64,000 nucleotides of DNA from Lepidodermella squamata (GCA_047495785.1 JBLDXI010000019.1:1054001-1118000), one strand, 5' to 3'. Shown: positions 1-12,414, counted from the first letter of the stretch. Notes: generated by a model from the letters alone, not told the origin. Program-made: numbers and translations.

Positions 1-253
1 AAATTAGATTGCTGATGTAATCGTGGACAGAGCAAATTGGGCCCACAATTTTCCGAAGATTTTCATTAAGGTGAGCTAATTTAAGGTCTGGAACTCTCTC
101 GACGGAAACCACTTGGGAAACCTTGGAAAACGTGAACTTTGATCTAAACCAGGCTTCAAATATCAAGATTTCGCGAACAAAAGCTGATCATAAGCTGATA
201 ACCCTCCGAAATATGGTTTCGTCCGAGAACTATATCGGAATTCATGGGTTAGA

Positions 254-2289
254 TTAAAGCTCACCTAGAATGTGATTCGATAAGATATTGCCGATTTCCA
301 AATTAGCATCATTGCAACCAAGCAGGGTCAGCAAGTGAATAGGAGTGCGGCCATGGGGGTCCTGTGATGTTATCATTCTAGCCAACATATCGTCGCTCAA
401 ATTCTCAACGAAAATTTTGATCGTTTGGGAAGCAAGGTTCCGTACGGCTAACGTAAGCGCTGTATCATTATGAGAATTCTTAATGAGCGCCAAGCTCGCA
501 TTTCGACTAAGCAAAAGCCAAACTATATTAGACTCGTTGCGGCTAGCAGCCATGTGAAGGGCGGTATCGTTTGTTTCCGGTATAGCTTCAGTCGCTAAGT
601 GTTCGAGTGGAAAATGGCTTTCCCGGCTTATCATTTTCGCCGCCTCTTCAATTCGATTCAGCTCGATCGCAAGCAACAAAGGCGTTCGGCCTTTGTCGTC
701 GCGAAGTCGGAAGATCTTGCTAGTCATGCCGTCGAGAAATGCGTCCAACGCCTCGTCATGGCTATACTCAACGGCTAAATGCGCCAGGCCCCTACCTTTA
801 GCGTCCTGAATCAGGACATTCGCGTTGTTTTTGATTAAATAGCTCACGATTTCCAACGACTTTCGCTCAATTAAGGCGACATGCAGTGGGGTCAATTTTT
901 CGGGATTTTCAGTCTTCACGTCGGCGTTACGGAATCCAGGTAGGGTTAGCAAATATTTGATTGCATTCGTAGTATCAGCCAGGTGAAGGGACGAATAACC
1001 CCTCGAATCTCGGGCCATAACATTGGCGCCAATATGCTCTAAAATCTCGGCGAATTCCAGTGAATTCGACTTGATAGCCACCATGAAAGGAGTCAATCCC
1101 TCGTTGTTCTTAGAGTCTAGGAGTCTACCATTCGTGAATTGAACAAATAACCGAACAATTTCCAGATCCAGTCGTAAATTTGATATTTCCGGTTCGGATA
1201 AGGCCATCGCGTGAAGGGCAGATCCGCCGTTGGAATCAACCGCCTCCAGCACATCGTCCTGATTAAGGAGCAGTTCAATATAGGCTTTCTGCCTATAATA
1301 AGCCGCAATGTGAAGAGGGGTTCCAATGATCCCGTTGTGATACACGCACTCGCCCTCAGCGATGGGTTTAGATAATTTCACGAGTTTTATTCCGAATTCA
1401 AAGCTGCCTCGCAACGCTGCGTAACACGCCGGAACTTGGCCTGACGAGTCAATCAATTTATGGTTGTAGTGATAAAACAAGGCCGGCGATAGGAAATCGG
1501 CCATATTTGTCTCAGCTGCCAGGTGACTGATAGTTCTGCCGCTATTTTCGACCGCGGCGTCTTCTAAGGATACGTTGTGTTTCAATAGCAATTTGACAAC
1601 GTCCAGCCTTGAATTCATCAGTGCAATATGAATAGCTAAATTTCCGTTCGAATCACGATGCGTGACATCAGCTTGTCCGAATTCTTCGTCGATAAGCAGT
1701 AGTACACTTTTGGCAAGATTCAAGTCACCGTGTGGTGCTTTTGAAGCAGCGGCGTAGAACAACGGAGTCCATGACATGAGTTTAGATTTCGACTCAACGA
1801 AAGCAGCGACTAAACCCGGCCCGCCATTTTCCCTAGCTTCGTCAATTAAAACTTGGATAACTCTGTGGTGAGCATTTGCAGCTGCTAGGTGAAGAGGAGT
1901 CTCATCCAATGCGTTGGCTGGGTTCAATTCGAGCTTTTCGTAACTCCGCAGCAAATCGTCGACTATGATTTGTTGGCCGTAATACGCGGCTACATGAAGC
2001 GGGGTCCATCCACTACCGTTTCGAACATTGACTTGCCCTGTGTGAAGTTGAAACTTTCAAAAAAACTATACGATTTCCTTTTCGAACCTGCAAATCTCCG
2101 GCCTAAAAAACTTCGAAATCGTTTCAGCTGGCCCTTTTGAATTGCTACGTGGAGCTGTTGATGCTTCAAGTCAACATCGGATGTTAAATCAACTTGGCCA
2201 AAATCATCGTCATCAATTTCGCATGAATTTTTCTCAACCCAACAATAGATGAGCAACAAAAACAACAACAGCCCATTAAGTCTACGCAT
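254..2289 (-). CDS. Multi-ankyrin-repeat protein with N-terminal signal-peptide-like sequence; may continue beyond the left window edge
   Basis: ORFs 1990-2289 and 254-1954 are joined by a 50-nt GT-AG intron (2087-2038), giving ...FAGQVNVRNGSGWTPLHVAAYYG. More than 12 TPLH/TALH ankyrin motifs. A GTGAGC donor at 264 suggests a further exon. Confidence 0.8.
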
Positions 2290-2491
2290 TATGACGAAAA
2301 ATAATGTAAACGCAGTTGCAATCTGTGAGTTGTTATGCTCATGTTACGCTGAATGAAAATTCGAGAGGCGCAATAAAAAAACAACAACGGCCTGAAATTC
2401 GGAAGTATTTTAATTTCAATCTATAGATTATTAGTACAAAAATAAACCTAACAAGTTATCAATTATTTTGAGAATGCCCCGTCATATAAAT

Positions 2492-3878
2492 TCAGTTTCC
2501 TTTGAAGCTCAAATCAGGACAGCCACGCCAGTCGCGTCGCCAGTACTTATCAGCATCAAACTGCCACAAACCAGAATCTGTAGGGTGAAACCACATCGCC
2601 TCCCAGGGATCACTCACTCGGCCTTTCATTCTTCCGTCACGGGCGTGCAACTGAACTTCTTCGATCTGAAACTTCGCATTCTCCGCCTCATCGACAAGGC
2701 CTTTCTCCAGCAGTCGCAAATCCTCGCGAAATCGAGAATCAGTCGGCGGTAAAATGCGCTCTAAATTCGGATTCAGTTCGTTCAGTTGCATCTGAAAATC
2801 ATTAAGGAAGAAGTACTCGGGGTTAGGATCGAGGGAAGACTTGGTACGCCACAGCAACTTTTGATCAGGAATTTCTTTCATCTTTTTACCCGGCTTCGGG
2901 ACTATATTAGCCCGGCTCCATGGCGCTGAGTAGAGTTCCTTGCGATAAGCGCCGTAAAACGAGACCAGCTCGTTGCGATTATCGTCTTCAATGTGCCCAT
3001 CCGCCCACGTTGGGTCACTGGCTTCATTCCACCCGCCGAGCCAGTTGAGGCCCTTCGACGGCGGGTGGAAATGTATCACACTTTTCAGTGTCGGACAGCT
3101 TTTCTCGTGCTTTCGCGTTTGTTCGACTGTCATTGAGCCCTCGAGACGGAACATGGCGTGGCTGAGGCCGCGAAGAAAATTGCTGACGATGAATTTGAAG
3201 GCGCTGTCATCGACGTGATACGTTTCATTGTGTTGACACAGCTCTAACGTCCAGTGAGCAGTTGGTTGAGCAACTACAGATTTTCCCGCAAAAGCCACAT
3301 GAGTTGTGCCTGCGATGTTTATTTTGAAAATATTGTTAGGCTTGCCATATCTATTTATAGATTAAGTATAAAAAATTAGGTTCAATCCGCAAAACTCACT
3401 TATCAACAGATTCGGCGAATGTAACATTCATAACTGGCTTGAATGAAACGCATTCGGAAACCATCCTGAAGCCGATATCAGGTCGATTAATCTCGTAAGT
3501 TTCGCCGAGAATGGCATGGTGGAACTGCATTTGATTGCATTGGCTCACCATGATAGAGCGAGTTGCGACGAAGTAGGCAGTGACGAACTCTAGCCGTTCG
3601 ACCGGGTCGTCGCAATGGTTGGCACGTATCAGCAGGTCGACATCGGTGAAATGCTCGGCTTCGCGTTGAAGCCAAGTTAGCGGGCTATGAAAGGACATTG
3701 GCAAGCTGAGGCGACTCACATCCTAATAAAATTTGATAAAATATTAGCCAATAATTGGTATAATCAAGCTTACCATTCCGATAAATATTTTCTTCAGAAT
3801 TCCCAATAACGATGATTGACTGGACTTTCCCCTCTGCGAAGTTTTCACGGGTAGCTTGGTACGCCTTCTACAATACAT
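2492..3878 (-). CDS. Short oxysterol-binding-protein-related protein (ORD only), divergent
   Basis: Spliced exons read RRRTKLP...LLGILKKIFIGM|DVSRLSLPMSFHSPLTWLQR, ILGETYE, and LPPTDSRFREDLRLLEKG..AENAKFQIEEVQ. Start position approximate. Confidence 0.85.
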
Positions 3879-4613
3879 CGGCTGAAAATATCAAGAGACA
3901 TTTCAGGTGAGAATAACTTACCTGAACTCGATAATATCACCGGATTCTGTTATGTCAATGTGATTCATTTCTCGTTCAATGCACTCAAAGACTAAAGAAT
4001 AAATCATTTTTGCAACGAGATTGAACACAATGGCTTTGCGAATAATGGCATACAGTTAAGGTGGATTTTTTTAGGTTAACCGTTATTTGCACTGAATTTT
4101 TGTTAGCAGCGGGCAGTATTGGTCCAAATTAGGACAGACAATTTTCATCCGTGTCAGAAGCGTCATCACAGCACGCAAGATGTTTCGAAGATGCGCCCAG
4201 TGCTATCAGGCCACTCTCTTACGATGTGCGTGAACTTCTTGAATAGCCCTTATACAGAGTGAATAATAATGGCGCAGTGCTATTCAATATCCCATTATGG
4301 GCTGATCGTGCATAGCAAGCCTAATCCTAGGTAAACAACCTTAAGAATAAGACAAAGCGTCCCTTCATGCCAGTACTCGGAAACGCGTCACCGCTAATAG
4401 CTACCTGTGTTTCATAAATACGAGTAATTAACGGAAGAAATAACTGCATCTTCACGGATCTTGGCGGTTATACGCAACTGGAGCACGATTTTTTATAAAT
4501 AAACAAAATTGTCCACCATTTTGCTACCCCTATATCAAAATGATAAAAACAGATAAATTGAGTGCATTTTTTATTTGTCAAGAAGCGCCCGTAGATTAAA
4601 TCATGAAATAAAG

Positions 4614-6629
4614 TTAGAATAACTTAGGCAAGTTGTCAACGCTCAGATCACCGAGGATTTGTCCGTACGATTTGCCCTGTGGGTCCGGCCTCAGCGAGGC
4701 GACTCCACCGCCGCCCAAGCTCGATTTCAGCACGAAGTTAAACCCGTCGATGCCCGGTAAGAAGTAGCGAGTGACGTATTGATCAGCATCCGAAGCGTCA
4801 GCTGGAAAAACGTGGCGGAAATAGTTGAAAACAACCTGAGGCGTGAGTTCTCGCGCGAGGAATGGAACAAATTCCGGCTTGCGGGCGATAACGCCAATGT
4901 TGCACGAGTCACCCTTGTCGCCAGACCGCAACCTGGCCAGTTCGACCAGTTTGTAGCTGTTTGAGCCTGTTTCTTTCGTTGTAGGCGGTTCGTGCGGCTT
5001 TGGAGGCGAATCTTGCGGTTTTGAAGCTGCTGGATCAGTGTATTTTTCATAGCTATCAGGGCTCAGGGTGAGAGATATCGGGTTGACCTTCGATTTCGGG
5101 TACATGAAGGATACCAATCGGAAGACTGGGGTCGGAGCTGGTCGGCCACCAACTAAAATCAATATGAATTTGAGCATTAAATCGGCGTAAATTCGAAAAA
5201 AATGAGGCGTAAAAAGACATTGCCGAAAGATGAACTAGAAGTATTTTCCCAGGCGGGGTAGTATTTATGAAAACCAACCTAAATAGCTGAAACCGGGGGC
5301 CATTGAAGTTCCAGCTGAAGCCAGTTCTCGGCTGAAAATGCCCAACGCGCGTTTGTCCTTGTGCGAAACGGCGACCCAAAGACACGCGTCACGTGACTTC
5401 TCCGCCAGTTCCGTGTTCGCATGCGCACCGAATTGCGCCTCGCTCGGAATCACATGCACATGCGCTCCAGTGAAATCTTCCAAGCCAGCGAGGCGGAAAA
5501 CGAAGCGACAGCGCGCCAAAATCGCCTCGGCTGTTTTCTTCGCCTTCGCAATAGCCCGCCCGCCGCCTAGCATGCAAACCGCAGTCGCTCGGTAGCCATC
5601 AGCAGCCGTCGCGCAAACCTTGTACGTCTCACTCGGAGCGCGGCCGGCTGCACCCGAAACCGCGACAACATTGTTGCCAACCTCCGTAAAATTTACCTTG
5701 CTAAAGTCGCAGATAACATCAGGCAATTGATACGACTGAGGATCGGCGATTTCATAGACGAGTTGCTCAGCGGCTGTATCGGCACTAACCAAACCACCGG
5801 AGCCAGGCAGCTTCGTCAGAATAAACGAGCCGTCATTTTTGCACTCAACAATCGGGTAGCCAATATTTTCCCAACCCTGAACTTTTTCCCAATCAGTAAA
5901 AATGCCGCCGGTACACTGCGCCCCACATTCAATCAAATGGCCAGCTAAACTGCCAGATGCCAACATGTTGTAGTCACTCGGCTTCCAGCCAAATGTGTGG
6001 ATCAACGGACCAAGGGTCAGCGCGCTGTCAACACAACGGCCCGTGATTACGATATCAGCGCCTCGGTTCAACGCCTCGGCAATAGGAAATGCGCCTAAAT
6101 AGGCTGTGGCGCTGCTGATAGATTCCGGCAGGAGATTTCCGTTGATGTCTCTAACGTTATCAGCGCGAATCGCAGCCATTTTACCGCTCAAATCATCGCC
6201 TACAACACCAGCCACCTTAACATCTGGATGGCCGGCTTTTGCGCAGTATTCGCGAATAGCTTTCACAGCACTTTCAACGTTAATTCCGCCAGCATTAGCA
6301 ACAATTCTTGTTTTCTGCTTCCGAATCGTGTCCAGGCTACCCGAGCCGAGGGCATATTCGACAAAGTCCGGAACCCAGCCAAGATCAGGCTTTTTCATTT
6401 TAGCAGCGTAAAGCAACGACATGGTAATTTCTGACAGAAAATCCATGCATAGAAAATCGATTTTACGACTGCTGATGAGCATTTTTGAGGCGAACGCCGA
6501 GTCGCCCCAGAACCCGGACGAACATCCAATCCGAACAGAATCCTTTCTATCAAATACAGCGCTGCTTGAATGAAAATTTGAGGCAAGCAATCTAATGCTG
6601 CCCAGTTTTTTAACCCGAAGTGAAAACAT
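4614..6629 (-). CDS. AtuA-like (DUF1446, acyclic terpene utilization family) protein with mitochondrial-type presequence
   Basis: VRIGCSSGFWGDS, DFLSEITMS, ADIVITGRCVDSA, AGHLIECGAQCTGG, then C-terminal ARLRSGDKGD and SLGGGGVASLRPDPQGKSYGQ. Intron 5278-5153. Confidence 0.85.
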
Positions 6630-7070
6630 TCGGTATAACCTACGATGAAAACAGGTATAACCATAGTAAAATTTGCAACTTTACTCTTTCAAAGTTCAAA
6701 GTTCGCTGGTAAAATGTGCGTTTTGCCAAGTGAGAACAAGTATTTTCGTGACGCTTTTCATAAAATAAAATAAAAAACAGTGAACTAAACAATAAATGCA
6801 TCTATACATCGGATCACAATGAGTCGAGATCTCAATAAATATTCATAGATATACGAATATAGGAATATGTAAGCATATTTTTGGAAATCAATCACAATAA
6901 AACTCATAGAGGAAAAATGAAAATTAGTTTGGTAGGCGAATTTTCAGCATTATGCAGGCAAATATCTTTTCAAAGTTATAAATATCACCAAAATGCATAA
7001 CATATATAACAAAATTTTGACAAATCGATTGATTAACCATTAGATTGATTTATTCTGTAGTAATTAGCAG

Positions 7071-9011
7071 CTATTGCGATGGTTTAGCGGAGACGAACTG
7101 AATTTTCGATGACATTCTCGAGCCTGGCGCCGGCGTCGTTGATTTCGAGGAGGTAATCGGACGAAGGGATGCACCAATAGCAGGTAACGGCAGGGGCGGG
7201 GCGAGGATAGTCGGCGGTTGCTGGGATGTTCTTGCCGGGCTCGGCGATTCCAGAGTGAAATTTCGCCGATTCGAGGCAGCAGCTAACCGCCTGGTCACTG
7301 GCGACTTCCGATCAGCTGGTGGCCGTGGTGACATGGGGCTTGTAACAGCTGAGAAGGGGAACAAATTACATTTTCTTTAAATTCCTCCTTGACTTTAGTA
7401 CATACCTCTATCGTCGTCGTCCGAGGCACCAACATCTAGCTCTTCGTCCGATCCTGATTCGTCAAAAACTTCGCCTTGTTGCACAACCAGCACATCAGGC
7501 TGCTTTTTGTCACTAAGCCGCTTCACAGCACTGATTTGATAGTCAGAGCGCCATTTATCGACATCTTGCAACAAAGAGCCTACATCGCCGCTACTTTGCC
7601 GCTCCCCAAGTGACGCAACGGAACTTATTCGCTCGCTGTTTCGATAACCAGCCGCCGCCGTGGCCGCGTTTTCAGGGCCGATTACAACGCGCGAGCCAGG
7701 TAGCTCGTTGTTCGGTGAGGCGGTGTTGGAGCTTCGATTTGACGAGTTGGTACCCTCGCGGCTGAAACGCTCTGTCGCTGAGGTGACAAACTCTCTCCGT
7801 CTACGAAGAGCTCGCGATGGGTTGCCACACAAAACCGGCCCTTTGGTGAGAAGACTAGACGCAGATTCCGCCGCGGAGGCTTCGTCTAATATCAGCGAAG
7901 ATGGCGTTGGCGATGCGCTTGAAGCGTTACCTCGCGATGTTGTTGGTCGAGACGAGCCCGATGAACCTAGTCTATTCGATGAAGATGTTGAGGCAAGTGA
8001 AGTTAGCGGTCTAAATGGCGTAGCAGCAGCGGTTAGGGGGCGAGCCGATCGAGGGCGGGCTGTGGCCGAGCGGCCACTAGCACTCATGGTAGCAGCAGTT
8101 GTAGCCGGACTAGTCAAACTCGAATAACCAGAATCAGTCAAGACAGAGTCTGTTCCAATCGTTCCTTCACGAACAAACTGATTAATCAAATTCCAATCAT
8201 CTGTAAACGGATTACTGGCAGAAGGAAGTGTTGCGGTCGATTCTTTAGCCGGCGGCGTTTTCGGTGGCGGTGACACCGCTTGAGGAGTTTTAGGTGACGA
8301 GATTCCCACGTTAAATTTAGACTCGGAAGCAAGTGCCGCGTCCTTATCGTCCAAATTTTTTAAATTGGGCAAAATGGAGAAAACTTTTTCGCGATATTGT
8401 TCCACCGTCATTTTCTCGCAAAACGGATTGCCCCTGAGGGTCAGATCAGCTAGTTTAGTGCAAAGGGATAGGAATTCCACCTGGCTGATATCATCTAACT
8501 GATTGCCCTCCAGGTCTAAAATTCGCAAATCGTCGAGCATTGAGCACGGACTGAGATCGCTAATATCGTTGAAGGCTAGGTAAAGTTCACGCAAATTACA
8601 CATCGAAGAAAGACCGTCGATGTCGTGAAGGCCGGTAGTTGCCATCCAAAGCGTTTGTAAATTATCCAAAGATGAGCCGAGATCTCGAACTGATTGAATC
8701 GAACTACCGGTGAGTTTAAGATGTTTCAAATTAGGCACAAGAATCCCAAAATTTCCTAGGGTCGTCTCTGACGTGTCAACGCGAAGTTCTAAATACTCTA
8801 CCTCTTCCAAGTTGTCCACGCCAGTCAATTCACGAAGCCTCCGAGGCGATAAATACTCCTCCAACATGAGATCCTGTATATTATCTGGAGCTATCGGGTC
8901 TGGATTCACATTTCCGTCTGACGCTAGTCCTGCGTCCATCATATCGACGGGAATTCCAGTTCCAGACTTCGATTTGGGCCGAGGAATGTCAACGGGAGCG
9001 GAGAATGCCAT
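7071..9011 (-). CDS. LRRC56: Leucine-rich repeat protein, LRRC56-like
   Basis: EEYLSPRRLRELTG...LELRVDT..TLGNFG.LVPNLKHLKL followed by LRRs and a low-complexity tail. Intron 7405-7349. Confidence 0.75.
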
Positions 9012-9149
9012 GATTCTTCGATTAAAAATATTACATTCCCTATGATTCAATGGCAAAATGAAATATGCATTAAACGCTTATAATATTACATGTAAAACGA
9101 TTGAAAGAATCATTAAAAGCACCAGTGAACAAAACAATTAAAATTTTAG

Positions 9150-9935
9150 TCATTGTGATTTTTCTCCGCCATCGACGATTGATTTCAGGCGTTTCAATTC
9201 CCTCTCTAAATGCACATGGGCTCTTTGAAAACGAAGCATCGGCACAATAAGATTTAGCCTATCTATCCGCCGATTAATTTCAGCTATTGTTGACTGAAGA
9301 CGATTTTTCAATCTTTCATCGATAGCACTTATCGCCATTTCGGAAGTTACAAGTGTTTTACCGAACCGAGTAGCAAGTTCTTTTCTCAAATCTGCTATTT
9401 CGGCAGCAATTTCTTTTTCAGATTCAACCCACTCAGGTACAAAGCCCTGGTTATGAATCATTCGCGTGATCAATCGTTCAGTGATATCTCCTTTGCCAGG
9501 TGGTGAAAGATCGTCAGGTGTCAGAGGTTTTCCAGCGCCTTTCAGGTTCTCGAAATATCCGTTTTGCATTGCTTCGGCGATTTGTTCCTCGGCAAGTAGC
9601 ATAAGAACATCTGATGGAGGTAAGCGATTGCGTTTCTTCCATACCGAGGAGCGCTCCAAATGCGATTGGTTAACAGTTTCCGGCTCACCATGCTGTGTAA
9701 TTGATTCCTCGACTGGATCTAACTTTGAGCGGCCTTTCTTGCTTTGAAGCATCTGCCAGTCAACAACGCGTTCCTTGGCTGTGAATGCTCGTTGTCCAGG
9801 GGTCCTTGCGACTTTTTCCTCTTTTTGTGGCTCTTTTGGGACTTCTGTTTTAGACGAAATAGATGCGAAACCATCACGCCTGCCAATTTGGCAAAAGCGA
9901 TTGAATAATCTAACAGAACGAATGGCAACAATCAT
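9150..9935 (-). CDS. DNAJC28: DNAJC28-like (DUF1992) protein; no J-domain visible
   Basis: EEQIAEAMQNGYFENLKGAGKPL and NQGFVPEWV motifs. AG acceptor directly before the ATG. Confidence 0.7.
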   Translation of the reverse strand: MIVAIRSVRLFNRFCQIGRRDGFASISSKTEVPKEPQKEEKVARTPGQRAFTAKERVVDWQMLQSKKGRSKLDPVEESITQHGEPETVNQSHLERSSVWKKRNRLPPSDVLMLLAEEQIAEAMQNGYFENLKGAGKPLTPDDLSPPGKGDITERLITRMIHNQGFVPEWVESEKEIAAEIADLRKELATRFGKTLVTSEMAISAIDERLKNRLQSTIAEINRRIDRLNLIVPMLRFQRAHVHLERELKRLKSIVDGGEKSQ

Positions 9936-10013
9936 CTAAATAAGATTAAACAAAAAATTGAGCTGAATATTGCTTATAAACTTCACAGATCGCTAAAAAA
10001 CCTAATGGCAGAG

Positions 10014-10445
10014 CTAAGACAACGGAAAGTTTTCAGTCGATTTGAGGCCCACAATCAATTTGTAGGCAGCCTTTGCAGCTGCTATTTCATCGCTATACAT
10101 AGCCTCGATAGCTTTCAAGAGCGTTAGCTTTCGAGATACAAATGCTTTCGCCTCTTTAATTGACATTTCTGCGTAAATACTTCGCCCCAAATGAACTACG
10201 ACATTCTTGTTATCGGATATAACAGCCTCCGTATAGAAATTGCAGCCCAAATCCATCATGACTTTGACAGCATTGCTCGCGTTCTCCAGCTCACTTTCAA
10301 TTTTCAGAAGGGCATCTTGGAATTGAAGATACTCAGCCTGTTCAGCCAAGTTATTGTCCCGATGATAAAACACAAGGTTCTGCTTTTGATATAACTCTCG
10401 AATGACACATTCTTCATAAGAACTCAAGGGTTCACTTGGCTCCAT
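10014..10445 (-). CDS. UXT: Prefoldin-alpha-like protein UXT
   Basis: MDLGCNFYTEAVI..VVVHLGRSIYAEMSIKEAKAFV is the UXT/prefoldin-alpha hairpin signature. Confidence 0.8.
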   Translation of the reverse strand: MEPSEPLSSYEECVIRELYQKQNLVFYHRDNNLAEQAEYLQFQDALLKIESELENASNAVKVMMDLGCNFYTEAVISDNKNVVVHLGRSIYAEMSIKEAKAFVSRKLTLLKAIEAMYSDEIAAAKAAYKLIVGLKSTENFPLS

Positions 10446-10893
10446 TTGTTAAAAGCTAAGCAACGTAAAATCATAAAAATCAGGTACTCATCACAATCTG
10501 TAAGAGCGGTAATAGATTAATCGAGAAGACCACGCAAAATAAAGACTGACAAGGGACAAGAATAAAGAATACACTTTGAAGGCTATACTCAGCGTTTTCA
10601 TATCAAAGTGGACGATGGTAACTTGACTTGCAGACATTCCATTTATCATGATTTGCAGGCAAAACCCTTGCGTAAGAATAAATGAACGGATCTAAGGGAC
10701 ACGGATCCCAGATTCACAGATTCATTTTCGATGTAGCCTCAATGTTAGCCCCAAGCCGCCCCGCAGCAGGTTCCTTTCGCGATGCATCGACAATCGTTAG
10801 CAACCATTGACAAATTACTGGAAAATTGTGTTTAGCAAATAAAATAAATGTTTTTGTTTTATTAATATATAAAGTTGAATGCTTTTTACAGCG

Positions 10894-10917
10894 CACGTGA
10901 CGTCACCTGATCACGTG
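10894..10917. promoter_or_regulatory. Palindromic motif cluster (E-box, CRE, E-box) in the divergent UXT/FNTB promoter
   Basis: CACGTG at 10894, TGACGTCA at 10898 and CACGTG at 10912, between head-to-head gene runs. Confidence 0.5.
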
Positions 10918-11227
10918 CTCCCCTGTTCGCTTATTATCCCGCTGTCTTAATCTTAGTCTTTGTCTCTGGTACCCGGTACCCTTTGGGCTAGTTCAAGAGG
11001 TTTCTAGGTTCCTTGCAATCTTTTCAGATTTCAGGGCTTATTCGACAGGCGCGGAATAACAGACGCGATGACTTACCTCTTTATTTTTGCGATGACGAGT
11101 TGAGCTTTGACGACGCTCTTTGTAATGCAACGAAGAAATGGAGATGCAATGAAGAATAGTTGTCTTACTAGCCAAAAATAAATTATTCTTATCCTTCATT
11201 TGGTTAGGTTAACCTTTATTCTCTACA

Positions 11228-12310
11228 ATGAGTGACAAACCATTGATGTCGTATGATTACGGCTTGCCAACCTTATCTTCGCGAGAACAGCGTGCCGTCG
11301 AAAGATCAGTGGATGCTAAATTCAGCAATCCTGGCCCTGAAAAACTTCTAGTCGATGAGCATCTTAATTTTTTGTTCAAGGGCTTACAAACTCTCTCCAG
11401 CGGTTATGAATGTCTTGATGCATCGCGACCATGGCTATGTTACTGGATTTTACATGGTATCGACGTCATCGGGGCGACATCTCGAATCACCCATCAACAG
11501 CGCCTTTCAATTGCTGAGTTTTTGCGGAGGTGCTGGGATGACAGCCGCGGGGGATTCGGCGGTGGACCTGGCCAGGACGCTCATTTAGCTACGACGTATG
11601 CCGCGGTTAATGCTTTGTCGATTCTTGGCCCGGCTTATGCTCAGTCGGTTGTTGATCGAGAGGGACTTAAAAGGTTTCTTCGCCTGGTCCATAAACCAGA
11701 CGGGTCTTTTGTTATGCACGAGGGAGGAGAAACTGATGTTCGAGGGGCATATTGTGCTCTATCAAGCGCAACGCTCGTCAACGCCGTTGCCCCAGATCTA
11801 ACTTACAATACAGTTGAGTACCTGAAATCATGCCAAACATATGAAGGAGGGTTCACGTCGGAACCTGGCGGTGAAGCTCATGGAGGTTACACATTTTGTG
11901 CAACGGCGGGTCTGGCCATTCTTAATAGGCTCGATGCTATCGACCAAAAAAACCTCCTTAACCATGTGGCACGGCGCCAAATGTCATTCGAAGGAGGATT
12001 TCAAGGTCGCACAAACAAGTTAGTTGACGGCTGCTACTCATTCTGGCAAGCCGCTGCTGTTTGCCAGCTCTTTCCTGAACATCGTTATTTTGACACGGCT
12101 GCCCTTCGCCGCTACGTTTTGCTTTGCTGCCAAAATCCGAAAGGAGGCCTTCTCGATAAGCCTGGAAAGTCACCTGACTTCTATCACACTTGCTACTGCC
12201 TTTCTGGCCTTTCTTTAACGGGCTATCCCGGGTTGGCGGCGATCGATGCCCGGTTTAACCTGACCAAAGACGTAGCCAATGCCATGTTAGATCATTTCAG
12301 CGCACTGTGA
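11228..12310 (+). CDS. FNTB: Protein farnesyltransferase beta subunit
   Basis: LDASRPWLCYW, GGFGGGPGQ, EAHGGYTFC, GRTNKLVDGCYSFW, DKPGKSPDFYHTCYCLSGLS. Intronless. Confidence 0.95.
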   Translation: MSDKPLMSYDYGLPTLSSREQRAVERSVDAKFSNPGPEKLLVDEHLNFLFKGLQTLSSGYECLDASRPWLCYWILHGIDVIGATSRITHQQRLSIAEFLRRCWDDSRGGFGGGPGQDAHLATTYAAVNALSILGPAYAQSVVDREGLKRFLRLVHKPDGSFVMHEGGETDVRGAYCALSSATLVNAVAPDLTYNTVEYLKSCQTYEGGFTSEPGGEAHGGYTFCATAGLAILNRLDAIDQKNLLNHVARRQMSFEGGFQGRTNKLVDGCYSFWQAAAVCQLFPEHRYFDTAALRRYVLLCCQNPKGGLLDKPGKSPDFYHTCYCLSGLSLTGYPGLAAIDARFNLTKDVANAMLDHFSAL

Positions 12311-12414
12311 AGCGTATTTTCATGTTGGTATCTTTCAATTCTTTTATTTCTATGGTAATCAGAAAAACGTATTCCATGCAAGCTTTGTTGCCAATTATGT
12401 AGAGCTTTTACAAA

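Noticed and set aside
4050-4500. Possible structured ncRNA (RNase P/MRP or telomerase RNA) in the AtuA-OSBP spacer
   Set aside because: Only partial motif resemblance (tcaggccactctc, a T-run). No matching P4 partner, template or H/ACA boxes found by eye; an Infernal/Rfam scan would be needed.
4614-6629. Recent bacterial HGT or contamination for the AtuA-like gene
   Set aside because: It has a spliceosomal intron, a presequence and host-like composition, and sits among clearly metazoan genes.
10570-10710. Hairpins upstream of UXT as an H/ACA snoRNA
   Set aside because: Stems exist (cactttga/tcaaagtg) but there are no correctly placed H or ACA boxes.
11228-12310. Functional clustering of FNTB with the CaaX selenoproteins
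   Set aside because: They are 42 kb apart with many unrelated genes between; chance linkage is sufficient.
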